The position numbers and the translations under genes were made by a program. Positions 1 through 10,772 of a stretch of DNA of 64,000 bases are shown piece after piece. Numbering within the stretch: the stretch's first letter is position 1; each line of letters opens with the position of its first letter. The notes below the pieces were generated by a model. The model made no database searches. It saw only the letters and a list, made by a program, of their open reading frames with translations, and was not told where the DNA came from. The stretch is from a bacterium (GTDB lineage: Bacteria > UBA8248). The stretch is from the NCBI GenBank assembly GCA_965202625.1, contig CBDBBI010000010.1:352001-416000 (forward strand), read 5' to 3'.

Positions 1-16
1 GGTGGAATTTTTCCAT
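1..16 (-). CDS. Probable 5' end of the next atp operon gene (likely F0 subunit a), running off the window
   Basis: ATG at 16 starts 3 nt after the atpI stop and reads MEKFH...; identity inferred only from the usual atpZ-atpI-atpB order. Confidence 0.35.
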
Positions 17-19
17 GTG

Positions 20-415
20 TTATGCCCTTGTCGATCCCTGTATTCGCAGAGCGCTGCGCGCCCCATGAACGAAAATGGCCAATGGCAGAATGGATAACCC
101 TATCACCACGCCCACGACGGGAAGACGAACCCAACCTATCGCAAGGGTTACAATCCCAATGAGCGCAACGAATCGCAATACGTATAAAAGATGGTGCCAC
201 CATTTGGGGCATCGCGCGTTCTTCGAAAATATACGTACGAAGTATACATCCATCAGCCGAAAACTTCCAAGTGCGCACGCCCCCCCAATCGCTACTCCAA
301 TAGTCGCCAAGAATTGCCCCAGAATCAGCCCAGCCAAGCTCATGACTGATAGTATTAGCCAGCCGGAGTTCTCGATGCTTCTAAGGTCGAGCGATGGGAG
401 GTCCCATTTTTTCAC
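20..415 (-). CDS. atpI: ATP synthase protein I (AtpI), four-TM accessory protein
   Basis: 131 aa with four hydrophobic segments and a YVLRF motif, directly downstream of an AtpZ-like gene. Confidence 0.7.
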   Translation of the reverse strand: MKKWDLPSLDLRSIENSGWLILSVMSLAGLILGQFLATIGVAIGGACALGSFRLMDVYFVRIFSKNARCPKWWHHLLYVLRFVALIGIVTLAIGWVRLPVVGVVIGLSILPLAIFVHGARSALRIQGSTRA

Positions 416-679
416 CTAACGAACGCCTTTGATGAGATCGATGAAAGCAGAGACGAAGCCCAACAACAACGCTACCACCATCGCCCACGGGTATGAACCG
501 AGGAGCCAGTCTATGCCGTATCCCATCCCACCGCCTACGAGTGGGGCGGTCACAAAGTTCCATCCGAGCGTCGCCAAATGAATGTTTCGCACGCCTTTTC
601 GAATTCTCTCATCGCGTGACCCTGTCGTTTTTCGCGCTGGCGCCTTGCGCCTTGCTCCTAGAGAAGGAGCAGGGGACAT
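416..679 (-). CDS. atpZ: AtpZ/ATPase gene 1 family membrane protein
   Basis: GYGIDWLLGSYPW...LLGFVSAF signature with two TM helices; ATG at 679 has an AGGAGG RBS. Confidence 0.8.
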   Translation of the reverse strand: MSPAPSLGARRKAPARKTTGSRDERIRKGVRNIHLATLGWNFVTAPLVGGGMGYGIDWLLGSYPWAMVVALLLGFVSAFIDLIKGVR

Positions 680-730
680 GCCTTTTTCCCTCCTATGATG
701 AATCCGCGGGGCCATAATTTTACGGGCGGG

Positions 731-759
731 AACATATCAGCATGGCAAGCGGGTGTCAA
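731..759 (-). promoter_or_regulatory. Sigma70-type promoter of the atp operon
   Basis: TTGACA-17 nt-TATGTT with TGn extended -10, about 50 nt upstream of atpZ. Confidence 0.65.
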
Positions 760-1029
760 GAGAGGATGCGAGGACGCACATCCGAGGGGCGACCGCATGG
801 CTGCGCCATTGCGGGGGAGGGGGATGCGTCCGACGCCGGCTGCGGGCTGCGGCCCGGGCGAGAGCGACGGGGCAGGCGTGGGACGCAGGTATACGTCTCT
901 GAGGGCTGCGGATGTCGCTTGAAATCTTGATGATTCCTCCGTCCGCCACTCAGAATGAAATGTGCAGATCACCCCAAAGCACCTTGCTTTTTAGAGGCGT
1001 CGCTTTTCCGCGATCGGGACTCCAAGGTT

Positions 1030-2444
1030 TCACGTCATGAAATCCGGCGACTGTAGCTTGTCGGCATGTATGCGAGCCATTGATGGCAATAAAGATCTGG
1101 AGCCGGAAAATTCCTTCGACGTTTGTTGCATTAGTTGCATTACCCTGTGGTCTGAACAAGGGGGCGCGTCACTCCCTTTTCTCTGCTTGGCTTTTCCCTT
1201 GAGGGATAAGAGAGCACAAAGAGCAGCGACGCGACACCGGACAGGAAGCTGAAAAGGATGGACAGCGTATACGTTGCCGGTCAGGTCGTGTAGCAATCCG
1301 CCGATGAACCCTCCCGTGGCCATCCCTGAACTCGCGCCGGTAATGAAGGTGCCGAACAGGATGCCCACCCTCTTTGGTCCATAGTATTCGCGCGTTATCA
1401 CGGGATACATCGTCCCATGTCCTCCGAGGCCGATGCCTACCATGAGGGCGACGGCGTAGAATGTGAAGGGAGAATCTATCCAGAAAAGCAGAGGTACTGG
1501 CAGCGTTTGCGTCGTAAGCGCAGTGAATAATGCGCGCTTTGCGCCAATACGGTCCGCTAGCATTCCTCCGCTGATTCTGCCGATGAGCGTTCCCAAGCCC
1601 AGGACGCCAACGAGGCTCGACGCCTGCACATGAGATATACCCGCCTCAATGGCGATGGGCACCAGATGAACGATGAGAACCGAGTGGCACATGCAATCCG
1701 TAGTATGGCTCGAAATGATCATCCAAAAGGGCTTGCGCTTTAGAATCTCTCGCATTCCCAAGGACGCCTCAGGAAGTATCTGGAGCGATTCTTCTGGTGT
1801 ATCGGAGAGATTTTTTGAGTTTTCACCCCTCATCCCGCGCTGTTTGTGAGATTTTAGGGCGATTACCGCAGGCGTGGCGACGACGAGAAAAAGGATTCCC
1901 AAGTACAAGTAGGAGGATCGCCATCCGTGAACGCTTATAAGAAAGCCCGTGAGAGGTGCCAGAATCAGTATGCCGAGGCCGGCTCAGGCGCCGGTCAACC
2001 CGGTGGCCAGTCCCCGATTTTTGTTTATGTTGCGCTGTATGAAGGCTTGGACGGGTGTGGCGATGGCGGCGCGCCTAGCCCTGCCAACACGCCCGTCAAC
2101 AGGAGATATTGCCATAAGTTTTGAATGAAAAAGGAGAGGATCAGCGAACCGCCGGCGATTAAAACGCCGGCGAGGAGTACAGGCCTCGTCCCGAATTTAT
2201 CGGAGAGACCGCCGGCGATGATCGAACTGAACGCTATCATGAACATATTGATGGAATATGCGGCTGAGGCTGTGGAACGATTCCAGCTGAATTCACTTAT
2301 TAGGGGGTTTAGGAATATGCCGAAGAGGAAGTTAAGACCCGAGAAAAGTCCCAGAAGCACAAAGGCGGAGACGATGAAAATCCACTGTGTGGGTGGACGG
2401 AAAGAATCGATATGTTCGGTCCAAAGGATTCCTTTCAACGACAT
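1030..2444 (-). pseudogene. MFS transporter (OFA/MCT-like), disrupted
   Basis: MFS motifs GGLSDKFGTR and GMLADRIGAKR lie in different frames; 1-nt frameshift near 2070, in-frame TGA at 1986-1984, further frameshift near 1270. Confidence 0.8.
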
Positions 2445-2741
2445 GCGGGCGGAAAAACGCTCTTAAATGAATTGGGTTTACAAAACCTCTATCCTAGGAT
2501 AAACGCCTGCCCGCCTGCAAGCAATCTGGTCTGTTCTTCGCCTTGCGCTTGAAACCACTACCATGCTTTTGAGGGCGTGGTCCGTTGTAGGAACGGGAAA
2601 TCGACATTGCATGGGGTTCTGGGGCTCTCTGGTTCTCCTGCATGGTTGCCTTTCACGCCTCCTATCGTGTAAGCAGTTCTCCTCAGTCTCTCGGACGCGA
2701 AATTTCCGAGGGAGACGCGGTTCAAAGAGGGAACGTCCAGG

Positions 2742-4154
2742 ATGCCTAAGAGCGAGGCGAAATCCGATCAGGTGAGAATCCCGAAGCCCTGGGGCGGAAG
2801 GTTTCAAGGGGAAACCGATGCGCGTGTGGAGAGGTTTACCGAGAGCGTCTCTTTCGATCATCGCCTAGCGGCGTATGACGTCATCGCCTCTATTGCGCAT
2901 GCGGAAATGCTGGGGGCGCAAGGGGTCATCACGAAAGCGGACGCCATGAAGATAATCTCCGGTCTCAAGGCCATCCTGAGGGACGTGGAGGCGAATCGAT
3001 TCAGGCTCCGGTTAGACCTTGAGGATGTGCATATGAACATTGAGGCGGCGCTCACGGAGCGAATCGGCGCCGTCGGCGGTCGATTGCACACGGCGCGGAG
3101 CCGAAACGATCAGGTGGCCACGTCGCTCAGGCTATGGCTACGAAATCAGATTGATGAGACGCAAGAGGCGCTTTTCGCTCTGAGGCGTGCCTTGCTGATC
3201 CAAGCGGAGTCGCACGTCGATACGGTGATGCCGGGCTACACGCACTTACAGCGCGCGCAGCCCGTTTCCCTCGCGCATCATTTGCTCGCGTATTCCCAGA
3301 TGTTGCGACGCGACGGAGAGCGTTTTGGAGAGGTTCGCACACGAGTCAACGTGTTGCCGCTGGGTGCGGGCGCGCTTGCGGGCACGAGCCACCCGATAGA
3401 CAGAAAAAGCGTGGCGAAAACGCTTGGATTTGACTCCGTAGCGGAGAATAGCATGGATGCGGTGAGCGATCGGGATTTTGCCCTGGAGTTCGCGTCGGCC
3501 GCCTCCATAGCGATGATGCACCTCAGCAGATTGGGAGAGGAGATCGTCCTTTGGGCGAGCGGGGAGTTCGGCTTCGTCGAAATGGCGGATTCCTTCTCCA
3601 CGGGAAGTTCCTTGATGCCACAAAAGAAAAATCCGGACGTAGCTGAAATCGTAAGGGGCAAAAGTGGGCGCGTTTTTGGAGATTTTATCGCTTTGCTCAC
3701 CTTGATGAAGGGATTGCCGTTAACATACAACCGGGACATGCAAGAGGATAAGGAGTCCTTGTTCGACGCTGCTGATACGTTACTGGCTTCTTTGGGAGTC
3801 ATGGCGCCCATGGTCGCATCGATGCGTTTTCAACCACAAAGGATGGCGCGGGCTGCCGAGGGCGGCTACATGACGGCGACGGATCTGGCGGACGCCATGG
3901 CAAGGCGAGGCGTCCCTTTTCGCCAAGCGCACGAGGCGGTGGGGCGAGCTGTGAGAGTTGCCATCGATAAAGGGGTGGCACTGAGCGAGTTGGACGCTTC
4001 GGACTTAAAGCGAGCCGACTCTCATCTCATCGCGGATGATTTGGAGGAGACGTATTTGGAGCGAGCCTTGCGCTCAAGAAACAGTGTAGGCGGCGCCTCA
4101 AGGAGAAGCGTTGCGGCTCAGATACGGGCGGAAAAAAAGCGTTTGGGAATATAG
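2742..4154 (+). CDS. argH: Argininosuccinate lyase
   Basis: [26 protein letters not shown] and [12 protein letters not shown] motifs. Confidence 0.97.
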   Translation: MPKSEAKSDQVRIPKPWGGRFQGETDARVERFTESVSFDHRLAAYDVIASIAHAEMLGAQGVITKADAMKIISGLKAILRDVEANRFRLRLDLEDVHMNIEAALTERIGAVGGRLHTARSRNDQVATSLRLWLRNQIDETQEALFALRRALLIQAESHVDTVMPGYTHLQRAQPVSLAHHLLAYSQMLRRDGERFGEVRTRVNVLPLGAGALAGTSHPIDRKSVAKTLGFDSVAENSMDAVSDRDFALEFASAASIAMMHLSRLGEEIVLWASGEFGFVEMADSFSTGSSLMPQKKNPDVAEIVRGKSGRVFGDFIALLTLMKGLPLTYNRDMQEDKESLFDAADTLLASLGVMAPMVASMRFQPQRMARAAEGGYMTATDLADAMARRGVPFRQAHEAVGRAVRVAIDKGVALSELDASDLKRADSHLIADDLEETYLERALRSRNSVGGASRRSVAAQIRAEKKRLGI

Positions 4155-4393
4155 GAGGCAGCGGGAGTTTTCTATGTGTTGGAGACGTCTCGCTCGAGAT
4201 TTCGAATGGACGTTTGGCGTGTTCATCCATCCGTCTATCGGCGTCCTATATCTCTCCACGCCACCTCAAAAGTGTTCTCCCAGGCGTCGTGCGCGAGTTT
4301 GCGTCCACGGGGCGTTATGGTCGTTTCCTTGCGTTTTTCGGATATGCGCGGCAGCGGCGGAGCCATGAAAATCGAGATGGAGTCCACGGGGCG

Positions 4394-4510
4394 ATGAAAA
4401 AAATTCTGCTCGCGATCATCTTGACGACCGCGGTGATGGGGATGGTCGGGGGTTGTGGCGTTAAGGGATCGCCAACCCCTCCCAGGAGTCCGATTATTAA
4501 GGGTTTGTGA
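4394..4510 (+). CDS. lptM: Small lipoprotein, LptM/YifL family
   Basis: 38 aa MKKILLAIILTTAVMGMVGG-CGVKGSPTPP with lipobox and CGxKG motif; typical position upstream of lysA/dapF. Confidence 0.7.
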   Translation: MKKILLAIILTTAVMGMVGGCGVKGSPTPPRSPIIKGL

Positions 4511-4555
4511 GAAAAGCCCCTGCTTTGTGAAAGTGTTGGGAAGAGAGGGTGAAAC

Positions 4556-5833
4556 ATGCGCCATTTTGAATACAAGAACGGTGAATTGTGTGCGGAGGAC
4601 ATATCTCTGACGCAGTTGGCGGAGGAGGTGGGCACGCCTTTTTACGCCTACAGCCATGAGACGCTCTTTCGCCATTTCCGCGTGTTTGAGGAGGCGTTCT
4701 CCTCCGTTCCCCATCTCATTTGCTTCGCCATGAAGAGCAATTCGAACCTGGCGATACTCCGGCTGTTCGGGACCATGGGCGGGGGGCTGGACATCGTTTC
4801 GGGGGGTGAATTGTTTCGCGCGCTCAAGGCCGGAATGCCGACAGAGCGCATCGTGTTTGCGGGCGTCGGCAAGTCGGATGATGAGATTGCCTTCGCTCTC
4901 GAACAAGGCGTGTTGCTCTTTAACGTAGAGAGCGAGGAGGAGTTGGTGAACATCGACGAAGTGGCGAGACGCTTGAGAAAACGCGCGCAAGTCGCCATTC
5001 GGGTCAACCCCGACGTCGACCCCCAGACCCATCCCTACATCGCAACGGGATTGAGGAAGAGTAAGTTTGGCGTCAACATCGACCGGGCGAGGGAGCAATA
5101 CAAGACGGCCGCTAGACTCGAGGGTGTCGAACCCTCTGGAGTGCATTGCCACATTGGAAGCCAGATAACGACGAGCGCGCCCTTCGCCGATGCGGTAGAA
5201 ATTTTGGCGCGCTTGGTGGGCGGGCTGCGCGATGACGGGCGCGACATCCGCTACCTTAACTTGGGTGGTGGCCTCGGGATCACTTACAACGATGAGGCAC
5301 CGCCCCTGCCCAAGGACTATGCGGCGGCCATATTGCCGAAGATAAAGGATTTGGGGTGCACGCTTATTTTTGAGCCCGGGCGCGTCATTACAGGCAACGC
5401 GGGTGTTCTCGTCACGAAGGTGCTGTATGGAAAGAAAAACCCCGACAAGCGCTTCGTGATCGTTGACGCCGGAATGAACGATCTCATCCGCCCTAGTCTT
5501 TATCAAGCGTTTCAAGACGTGTGGCCCTTGGATGAAGGCGTCAAGGAACGGGCGAAGTATCTCACGGATCTGGTCGGCCCCATCTGTGAAAGCGGCGACT
5601 ATCTGGCCAAGGGTCGCGACTTGCCGGAGCTTCAAAGGGACGATTTGGTGGCCGTCATGAGCGCGGGCGCCTATGGGTTTACCATGGCGTCGAACTACAA
5701 TTCCCGCCCCAGGCCGCCTGAGATTCTTGTGCGAGGGAGCACGTATCACGTCATTCGAGAGCGTGAAACCTATGATGACTTGATTCGCGGCGAGCGCATA
5801 CCCGCGTTCATCAAGGAAAGGCGGATTGCGTGA
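4556..5833 (+). CDS. lysA: Diaminopimelate decarboxylase
   Basis: FAMKSN PLP lysine, SKFG, HIGSQ, EPGR, GPICESGD and MASNYN motifs. Confidence 0.97.
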   Translation: MRHFEYKNGELCAEDISLTQLAEEVGTPFYAYSHETLFRHFRVFEEAFSSVPHLICFAMKSNSNLAILRLFGTMGGGLDIVSGGELFRALKAGMPTERIVFAGVGKSDDEIAFALEQGVLLFNVESEEELVNIDEVARRLRKRAQVAIRVNPDVDPQTHPYIATGLRKSKFGVNIDRAREQYKTAARLEGVEPSGVHCHIGSQITTSAPFADAVEILARLVGGLRDDGRDIRYLNLGGGLGITYNDEAPPLPKDYAAAILPKIKDLGCTLIFEPGRVITGNAGVLVTKVLYGKKNPDKRFVIVDAGMNDLIRPSLYQAFQDVWPLDEGVKERAKYLTDLVGPICESGDYLAKGRDLPELQRDDLVAVMSAGAYGFTMASNYNSRPRPPEILVRGSTYHVIRERETYDDLIRGERIPAFIKERRIA

Positions 5834-6654
5834 ATAAAATCCTGTTCACCAAGTTCAGTGGAAGCGGCAACGATTTTATATTTATCGACAACAGGAAATT
5901 GGCGTATCAAGCCGATGAAATGATCGGTTTTATCCAAAAAGTTTGTCGCAGGGGCCAATCCGTGGGTGCCGACGGATTGATGTTTATCGAGCCGAGCGAA
6001 CGGGCCGATTTCAAGTGGCGGTTTTTCAACGCCGACGGCTCGGAGGGCGAGATGTGCGGAAACGGGGGACGCTGCGCCGCGCGTTTCGCGCAGGAGTTGG
6101 GCATCGCGACGGATGCGGTGTCGTTTGAGACCCTGGCAGGCGTCATTGACGCGACGATGAGCGATTCGAGAGTGAAACTGCGAATGACCCCGCCCTTCGA
6201 CTACCGCGCGGGGGTCGCGTTTGACGTCAACGGAAGGAAGGCGCTCCTTGAATACGTGAACACCGGCGTCCCCCATGCCGTGGAATTTGTGGACGATGTC
6301 GAGGCGGTCGATATCGTGGCTGATGGCCGGGCGATTCGGACCCACGACGCGTTTGCGCCGTCGGGGGCGAATGCGAATTTCGCGCGAGTGAGCGGTGCGC
6401 ATTCCCTGATTTTGAGAACCTATGAGCGAGGAGTGGAGGACGAAACCCTCGCCTGCGGCACGGGCGCCGTAGCCGCGGCGATACTGGCCGCGGCCCGTGG
6501 TCTTCTCACCGCGCCCGTGGACGTAGAAGTGCGAAGCGGAGAGATTTTGAAAATCTACTTTGAGGGCGTGGGCGCCGAGGTGCGCGACGTTTATATGGAA
6601 GGGGAGGCCCGGCTCGTTTACGTGGGAGAGATGACGCGAGAAGCGTTGCTTTGA
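5830..6654 (+). CDS. dapF: Diaminopimelate epimerase
   Basis: GSGNDF, EMCGNG, NTGVPH and ERGVEDETLACGTG motifs; GTGA overlap with lysA stop. Confidence 0.96.
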   Translation: MNKILFTKFSGSGNDFIFIDNRKLAYQADEMIGFIQKVCRRGQSVGADGLMFIEPSERADFKWRFFNADGSEGEMCGNGGRCAARFAQELGIATDAVSFETLAGVIDATMSDSRVKLRMTPPFDYRAGVAFDVNGRKALLEYVNTGVPHAVEFVDDVEAVDIVADGRAIRTHDAFAPSGANANFARVSGAHSLILRTYERGVEDETLACGTGAVAAAILAAARGLLTAPVDVEVRSGEILKIYFEGVGAEVRDVYMEGEARLVYVGEMTREALL

Positions 6655-6965
6655 ATGTTTGGATGAAGAAGTGAAAATTGAGCGATGAGCCGCCTTCTCT
6701 CCCGGCTTTTGAATGGCTGGATTTGGGCGGCGTTATTCGTATCGGCCGAATGTGTTCGCGTTCGAAAAATTGTCTCGACAGAGTTCTCGAAGAAGAGCGT
6801 ATACCGCGCCTAGATCTATGATAATGGTGCCCACCAAGGTGAAGTCGAGTAAGTCATAGCCAGCGTATATCTCATCCATCAAAATCCATATGACCTGGTC
6901 CAGGGGTATGCCTGTGGCACGGCGTGAAAAGAAAGCCGCGCCACAGGCGGTCAAAGATGTTCGAT

Positions 6966-7547
6966 TTAGTAGGGCTGGCTACGGCCTCCGGGACCATAGT
7001 GCCCCCTGAACCCGCCTCTCCAGCGAGGATGCTCGTCATTGACTCGCCGCATCAGCTGTTTTCTCTGCTCGGCGCTCAGAATGGATTTTCCTTCCTGGAT
7101 AGCTTTGAGGCGCATAATCCGCAAGTTCACCCGCATATCCGCAATTTTGCGTATCCTCTTCTCTACGTCGACGAAATCGATCTTCTCGGCGTCGAGCGCG
7201 CGCCTGAGGTCAATGCGGCTGGCTTCCATTTCAGCGCGTTCCTTCGTGAATTTCTTGGAGAAGGAGTCTCTGACATCCTTGAGACGGTTGATTTGAGAGT
7301 CGGTGAGCTTGAGTTCCTCATGATTTCTCAGCGCAATGGAAACCAGTGGGCGCGCCGCCAGAGGGAATCTGTGACGCCTTGCGTGACGTCCGCCGAAATG
7401 CGCGTTTCCCTTCATTCTTTCCCGAAAATCCCGTGTGAAGTCTTTTGGCGATTCGTCGCTGTCAGCCAAGGATGCGCCGGCGACGCCGAGGCATAGAGCG
7501 GCGGTGATGATGGTGGTGGACGCGGCACGGCGTTTTCGTAGTTTCAT
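6966..7547 (-). CDS. Periplasmic Spy/CpxP (LTxxQ) family protein
   Basis: Signal peptide ending ASLA; LKLTDSQ and ILSAEQR repeats; GAGGAG RBS 7 nt before ATG 7547. Confidence 0.75.
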   Translation of the reverse strand: MKLRKRRAASTTIITAALCLGVAGASLADSDESPKDFTRDFRERMKGNAHFGGRHARRHRFPLAARPLVSIALRNHEELKLTDSQINRLKDVRDSFSKKFTKERAEMEASRIDLRRALDAEKIDFVDVEKRIRKIADMRVNLRIMRLKAIQEGKSILSAEQRKQLMRRVNDEHPRWRGGFRGHYGPGGRSQPY

Positions 7548-7611
7548 GTTCATTCTCCTCCGATATGGCGATGGTGCTTTGTTTGGCGGCATCACGTCTG
7601 TTGATACGCGT

Positions 7612-8088
7612 TTATTGCCTTTCCAGCGGAACGGCCGAGGCGCCCGGATGACGCCCTCTGAACCTCCCCCGCCTTTTTCTGCGTCTTTCCTCAAAGCTTT
7701 CGACGAGGCGATCAAAAGACACCTTTTGATTGTTATCCAGGAAGGATCGCACGTCTTGGCGTACCTCCCGCATGATCGCGTTGAGCTGAGGTCTCATTTG
7801 GCGTCTGATGTTGCGGATTCGCTCGTAGTGGCGCTCGAGGGCGCCATTCACTTTTACGCGTTGCCTGGGGTCCAGGTTCAGGTCTCGTTCCAGCCAGTGC
7901 ATGAAGCGTCTGCCGTATGCGCCGCCGCGGGAGTGCACCCCGCGCGTGAAGAGGGTTCGCTCATCTTTCAGGAACATATACTGCGCGTGTTTGCGTCCGC
8001 TGACGTAGCCTGTTCCCGCGCCGGCGACGAACACGAAGAGAAGCACCGCCGACGCCTTCATGAACTCTTTCGTGAACCGGATTTTCAT
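7612..8088 (-). CDS. Periplasmic sensor-like helical protein (Spy/CpxP/heavy-metal-sensor-like) with N-terminal TM
   Basis: N-terminal hydrophobic helix (VLLFVFVAGAGTG), LNLDPRQ and LDNNQ motifs; third gene of the ECF operon. Confidence 0.6.
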   Translation of the reverse strand: MKIRFTKEFMKASAVLLFVFVAGAGTGYVSGRKHAQYMFLKDERTLFTRGVHSRGGAYGRRFMHWLERDLNLDPRQRVKVNGALERHYERIRNIRRQMRPQLNAIMREVRQDVRSFLDNNQKVSFDRLVESFEERRRKRRGRFRGRHPGASAVPLERQ

Positions 8089-8093
8089 TGTCT

Positions 8094-8561
8094 CTATCTC
8101 GAAGGTGGGCGATCTGGCGAATCATAGGCGATATATTGAAGTAACTCTTGGCCCGTCTGCGTCTCAAGGCCGTTGCCGATCGCATGAATGGGGTTCATGG
8201 GATTCTCGAAACTGACCATCAAATTCGTTTGAGGGGGCATGAGATTCATACGTCTCTCCGTTCCCAGTCCCCAAAGCAAGCTTGCCGTCAGAAGAAACAC
8301 ACCTAAGGTGGCCATGGCGAGCCTTGGTCCCGTTGATGCCAATGTCGAGACGAAAGATAAGGGGTAATGGTCTTCTGGTTCATGAGCGGCAAGTTGGGGG
8401 TGCAATCTCTCCCAAAGTTTCTCATCAGGGGTGGGGGCGTCATCGCGCGCGGCTTCGAACAAGGCGCGAAGGGCGGATATTGTCTCGTTTCCCGGCCGGG
8501 GGGCATCCCAGTCCCGGGCATTTTGACCTCTTTCAAGTATCCTTTTCCATGAATCCATCAC
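8094..8561 (-). CDS. Putative membrane anti-sigma factor
   Basis: Single central TM helix; ATGA overlap with the ECF sigma stop. Confidence 0.6.
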   Translation of the reverse strand: MMDSWKRILERGQNARDWDAPRPGNETISALRALFEAARDDAPTPDEKLWERLHPQLAAHEPEDHYPLSFVSTLASTGPRLAMATLGVFLLTASLLWGLGTERRMNLMPPQTNLMVSFENPMNPIHAIGNGLETQTGQELLQYIAYDSPDRPPSR

Positions 8562-9184
8562 TTCTTCTCCCGAGCGTTTTCCGCGACCCGCATGATGCGC
8601 GCGCGCGCGCGATTCAGCCTCGAACGCACCGTTCCGGGCTTGATCCGCAGCACATCGCCGATCTCATCGTAGCTCATTCCCTCTAGCTCGCGCATCACCA
8701 GAATGCGGCGATGGGCTTCCGGCAATCGCGACAAGATATTTTCCAGCGCATCGCCGGCGCGCTTCTCTCGCGTCCGCCGAAACTCGTCCCGATGTTTCTC
8801 ATCTTCCGCCGGTGCCACGCTGTCAGCGAGTTGCTCCTCCGCAAACTCCGTTGGCGTTGGTGCACTGCGCTTCAGATAGTCGCGGCAATGGTTGACCGCG
8901 ATGCGGTAGAGCCAGGTCGAGAACTTTGCGTCCCCTCTGAACTTGGGCAAGGCGATGTATGCTTTGAGAAATATCTCTTGCACGACGTCGTCGGCGTCTT
9001 CTCTTCGATCACCGAGCATTCCCCACGCGAGGCGTTGGATTTTTCCGGCGTTTTGACGGACGAGAGGCTCAAAAGCGTCTTTGTCTCCGTTTTGGCAACG
9101 TTTGATCCATGAAGATTCTTCATGCGCGTGAGATGGGGTTTCCAAAAGGCAAAATTCCCATGTCTGGGCTGCGAGAGGTCTCAT
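8558..9184 (-). CDS. ECF RNA polymerase sigma factor (RpoE/SigW-like)
   Basis: Region 2 DVVQEIF...FSTWLYRIAVN; region 4 GMSYDEIG...GTVRSRLNRAR. Confidence 0.92.
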   Translation of the reverse strand: MRPLAAQTWEFCLLETPSHAHEESSWIKRCQNGDKDAFEPLVRQNAGKIQRLAWGMLGDRREDADDVVQEIFLKAYIALPKFRGDAKFSTWLYRIAVNHCRDYLKRSAPTPTEFAEEQLADSVAPAEDEKHRDEFRRTREKRAGDALENILSRLPEAHRRILVMRELEGMSYDEIGDVLRIKPGTVRSRLNRARARIMRVAENAREKK

Positions 9185-9372
9185 GTGTATTGTCCTATAC
9201 TATAAAATCATTCGCTCAAGAACGGGCGTTTATGCGCCTTCGCTTCCTTCTATGATTCATCTTTCTCTCTCTCCCATTATGACGAGGACGGGTTCCCACT
9301 TTAGGGTAAAGCGCATATAATGGGCGATACGCTCAATCTGTTGTTCGTTCTTGGCGAGGAGGGGAGAATCCT

Positions 9373-10170
9373 GTGTCAATGCGAGTCGTCGTGGCTGGAG
9401 CCGGCGGAAGGATGGGGGCCCGTATCATCTACCAAATCGCCTCCTTGAAGGACCTCTCCCTCTCGGGCGCGCTTGAGCGCGAGGGTTTCGATGGATTGGG
9501 TGAGGACGCGGGCCGCCGCGCCGGCGTGGCGGAACTGGGCGTCATCCTCACTTCCGATGCGTCCCTATTGGGCGGCGACGTCCTGATCTCCTTTGCGGTT
9601 CCAGAGGCGAGCATCTCTCACGTGCGGTTGGCGGCTGAAAAAGGGATGACGGCTGTTGTCGGCACCACGGGTTTTAGCGACGCGCAGCGCGAGGAGATCG
9701 CCAGCTTCGGCGAGAAGATCGCCTGTGTCGTCGCGCCCAATATGAGCGTGGGGGTGAACGTCACCTTTCGCCTGATAGAGGAGGCGGCCAGACTCCTCGG
9801 CGGAGGTTACGACATTGAGGTGATGGAGACGCATCACAACCAGAAAGTGGATGCGCCTTCGGGAACGGCGGTGCGCATGGGTGAGATTCTGGCCGAAGCG
9901 ATGGAAAAAAGATATCCCCAAGACGCAATTTTTCACCGCCAGGGGCATACTGGAAGGCGCCCGGAGGGTAGCATCGGCATGCAGACGCTGCGCGGAGGTG
10001 ACGTTCCGGGCGAGCACACGGTGTATTTCTTCGGAATGGGTGAGCGGGTGGAGATCACGCACAGGGCGGGCAGTCGGGATAATTTCGCGGCCGGGGCGAT
10101 TCGCGCGGCCCGATGGGTGGTTAACAAGCCCCCCGGCATATATGGCATGGCGGAAGTGTTGGGGCTTTAA
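9373..10170 (+). CDS. dapB: 4-hydroxy-tetrahydrodipicolinate reductase
   Basis: GAGGRMG, GTTG, APNMSVG and ETHHNQKVDAPSGTA motifs. Confidence 0.97.
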   Translation: MSMRVVVAGAGGRMGARIIYQIASLKDLSLSGALEREGFDGLGEDAGRRAGVAELGVILTSDASLLGGDVLISFAVPEASISHVRLAAEKGMTAVVGTTGFSDAQREEIASFGEKIACVVAPNMSVGVNVTFRLIEEAARLLGGGYDIEVMETHHNQKVDAPSGTAVRMGEILAEAMEKRYPQDAIFHRQGHTGRRPEGSIGMQTLRGGDVPGEHTVYFFGMGERVEITHRAGSRDNFAAGAIRAARWVVNKPPGIYGMAEVLGL

Positions 10171-10233
10171 GGAAATGCGTCAGGTGCTTTTGGAATCGGT
10201 GATATTGTTTGACATTGTGGAGGAGGCGCGTTG

Positions 10234-10755
10234 ATGGCGCAAGAAATCGAAGCGGCGGGCGTCGAATACGTAAGGGCTGCGGACGGCAGGACGCTGGCAC
10301 TGATCGTGAGGAATGATTTTGAGGATTACGCGGCCTTTCCCCCTTATCTGGATTCAGAGGCCGAGCGCGCCCATCTGACCGAGGCCTACTCCGGTGCTGA
10401 TCCGGAAACTGAGAGAAGGACGAAGGCGCACATGACGCCGGATGCAGATCCTCTCCAGATCGTTATGTTGAACAGAAACCCGGGTGCTGTGGTGAACCCG
10501 CACTACCATGAGGTGACCGAGCGGCCCAAGAACGCGACGCGCCATCAAATCATGATCTGCCGCTCCGGAAGAATGCGGATCGGCGTATACGCTAGGGAGG
10601 GGGACCATGTCGCCGAAGTAGATTTAGAGCCTGGCGATTTGATCCTCATGTATGAGGGACACCGCATCGAATTTTTGGAGGAGGGGACCAAGGCCATCGA
10701 GATCAAGGAGGGCCCTTTTCCGGAGACCGATGAGGTGGATAAGGTTGATTTTTAG
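10234..10755 (+). CDS. Cupin-fold protein of unknown function
   Basis: PHYH...GDLILMYEGHRIEF...EIKEGP cupin-like pattern; GGAGG RBS. Confidence 0.6.
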   Translation: MAQEIEAAGVEYVRAADGRTLALIVRNDFEDYAAFPPYLDSEAERAHLTEAYSGADPETERRTKAHMTPDADPLQIVMLNRNPGAVVNPHYHEVTERPKNATRHQIMICRSGRMRIGVYAREGDHVAEVDLEPGDLILMYEGHRIEFLEEGTKAIEIKEGPFPETDEVDKVDF

Positions 10756-10772
10756 CAGGCGTTGTTATTGCG

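Noticed and set aside
760-950. GC-rich stretch upstream of the atp promoter as an ncRNA
   Set aside because: No tRNA, tmRNA, RNase P, SRP or riboswitch signature recognised
1984-1986. In-frame TGAs in the MFS and DinB genes as evidence of UGA recoding to Gly or Trp
   Set aside because: TGA is the normal stop of many intact genes with ATGA/GTGA overlaps, and both genes also carry frameshifts
4235-5749. 504-aa antisense ORF and similar long shadow ORFs (e.g. 45576-46565, 50457-51119)
   Set aside because: They lie opposite well-conserved genes and have no motifs; expected in GC-rich coding DNA
6733-6954. 73-aa ORF downstream of the Spy-like gene
   Set aside because: No RBS or recognisable family; could be a permease remnant but this is unsupported
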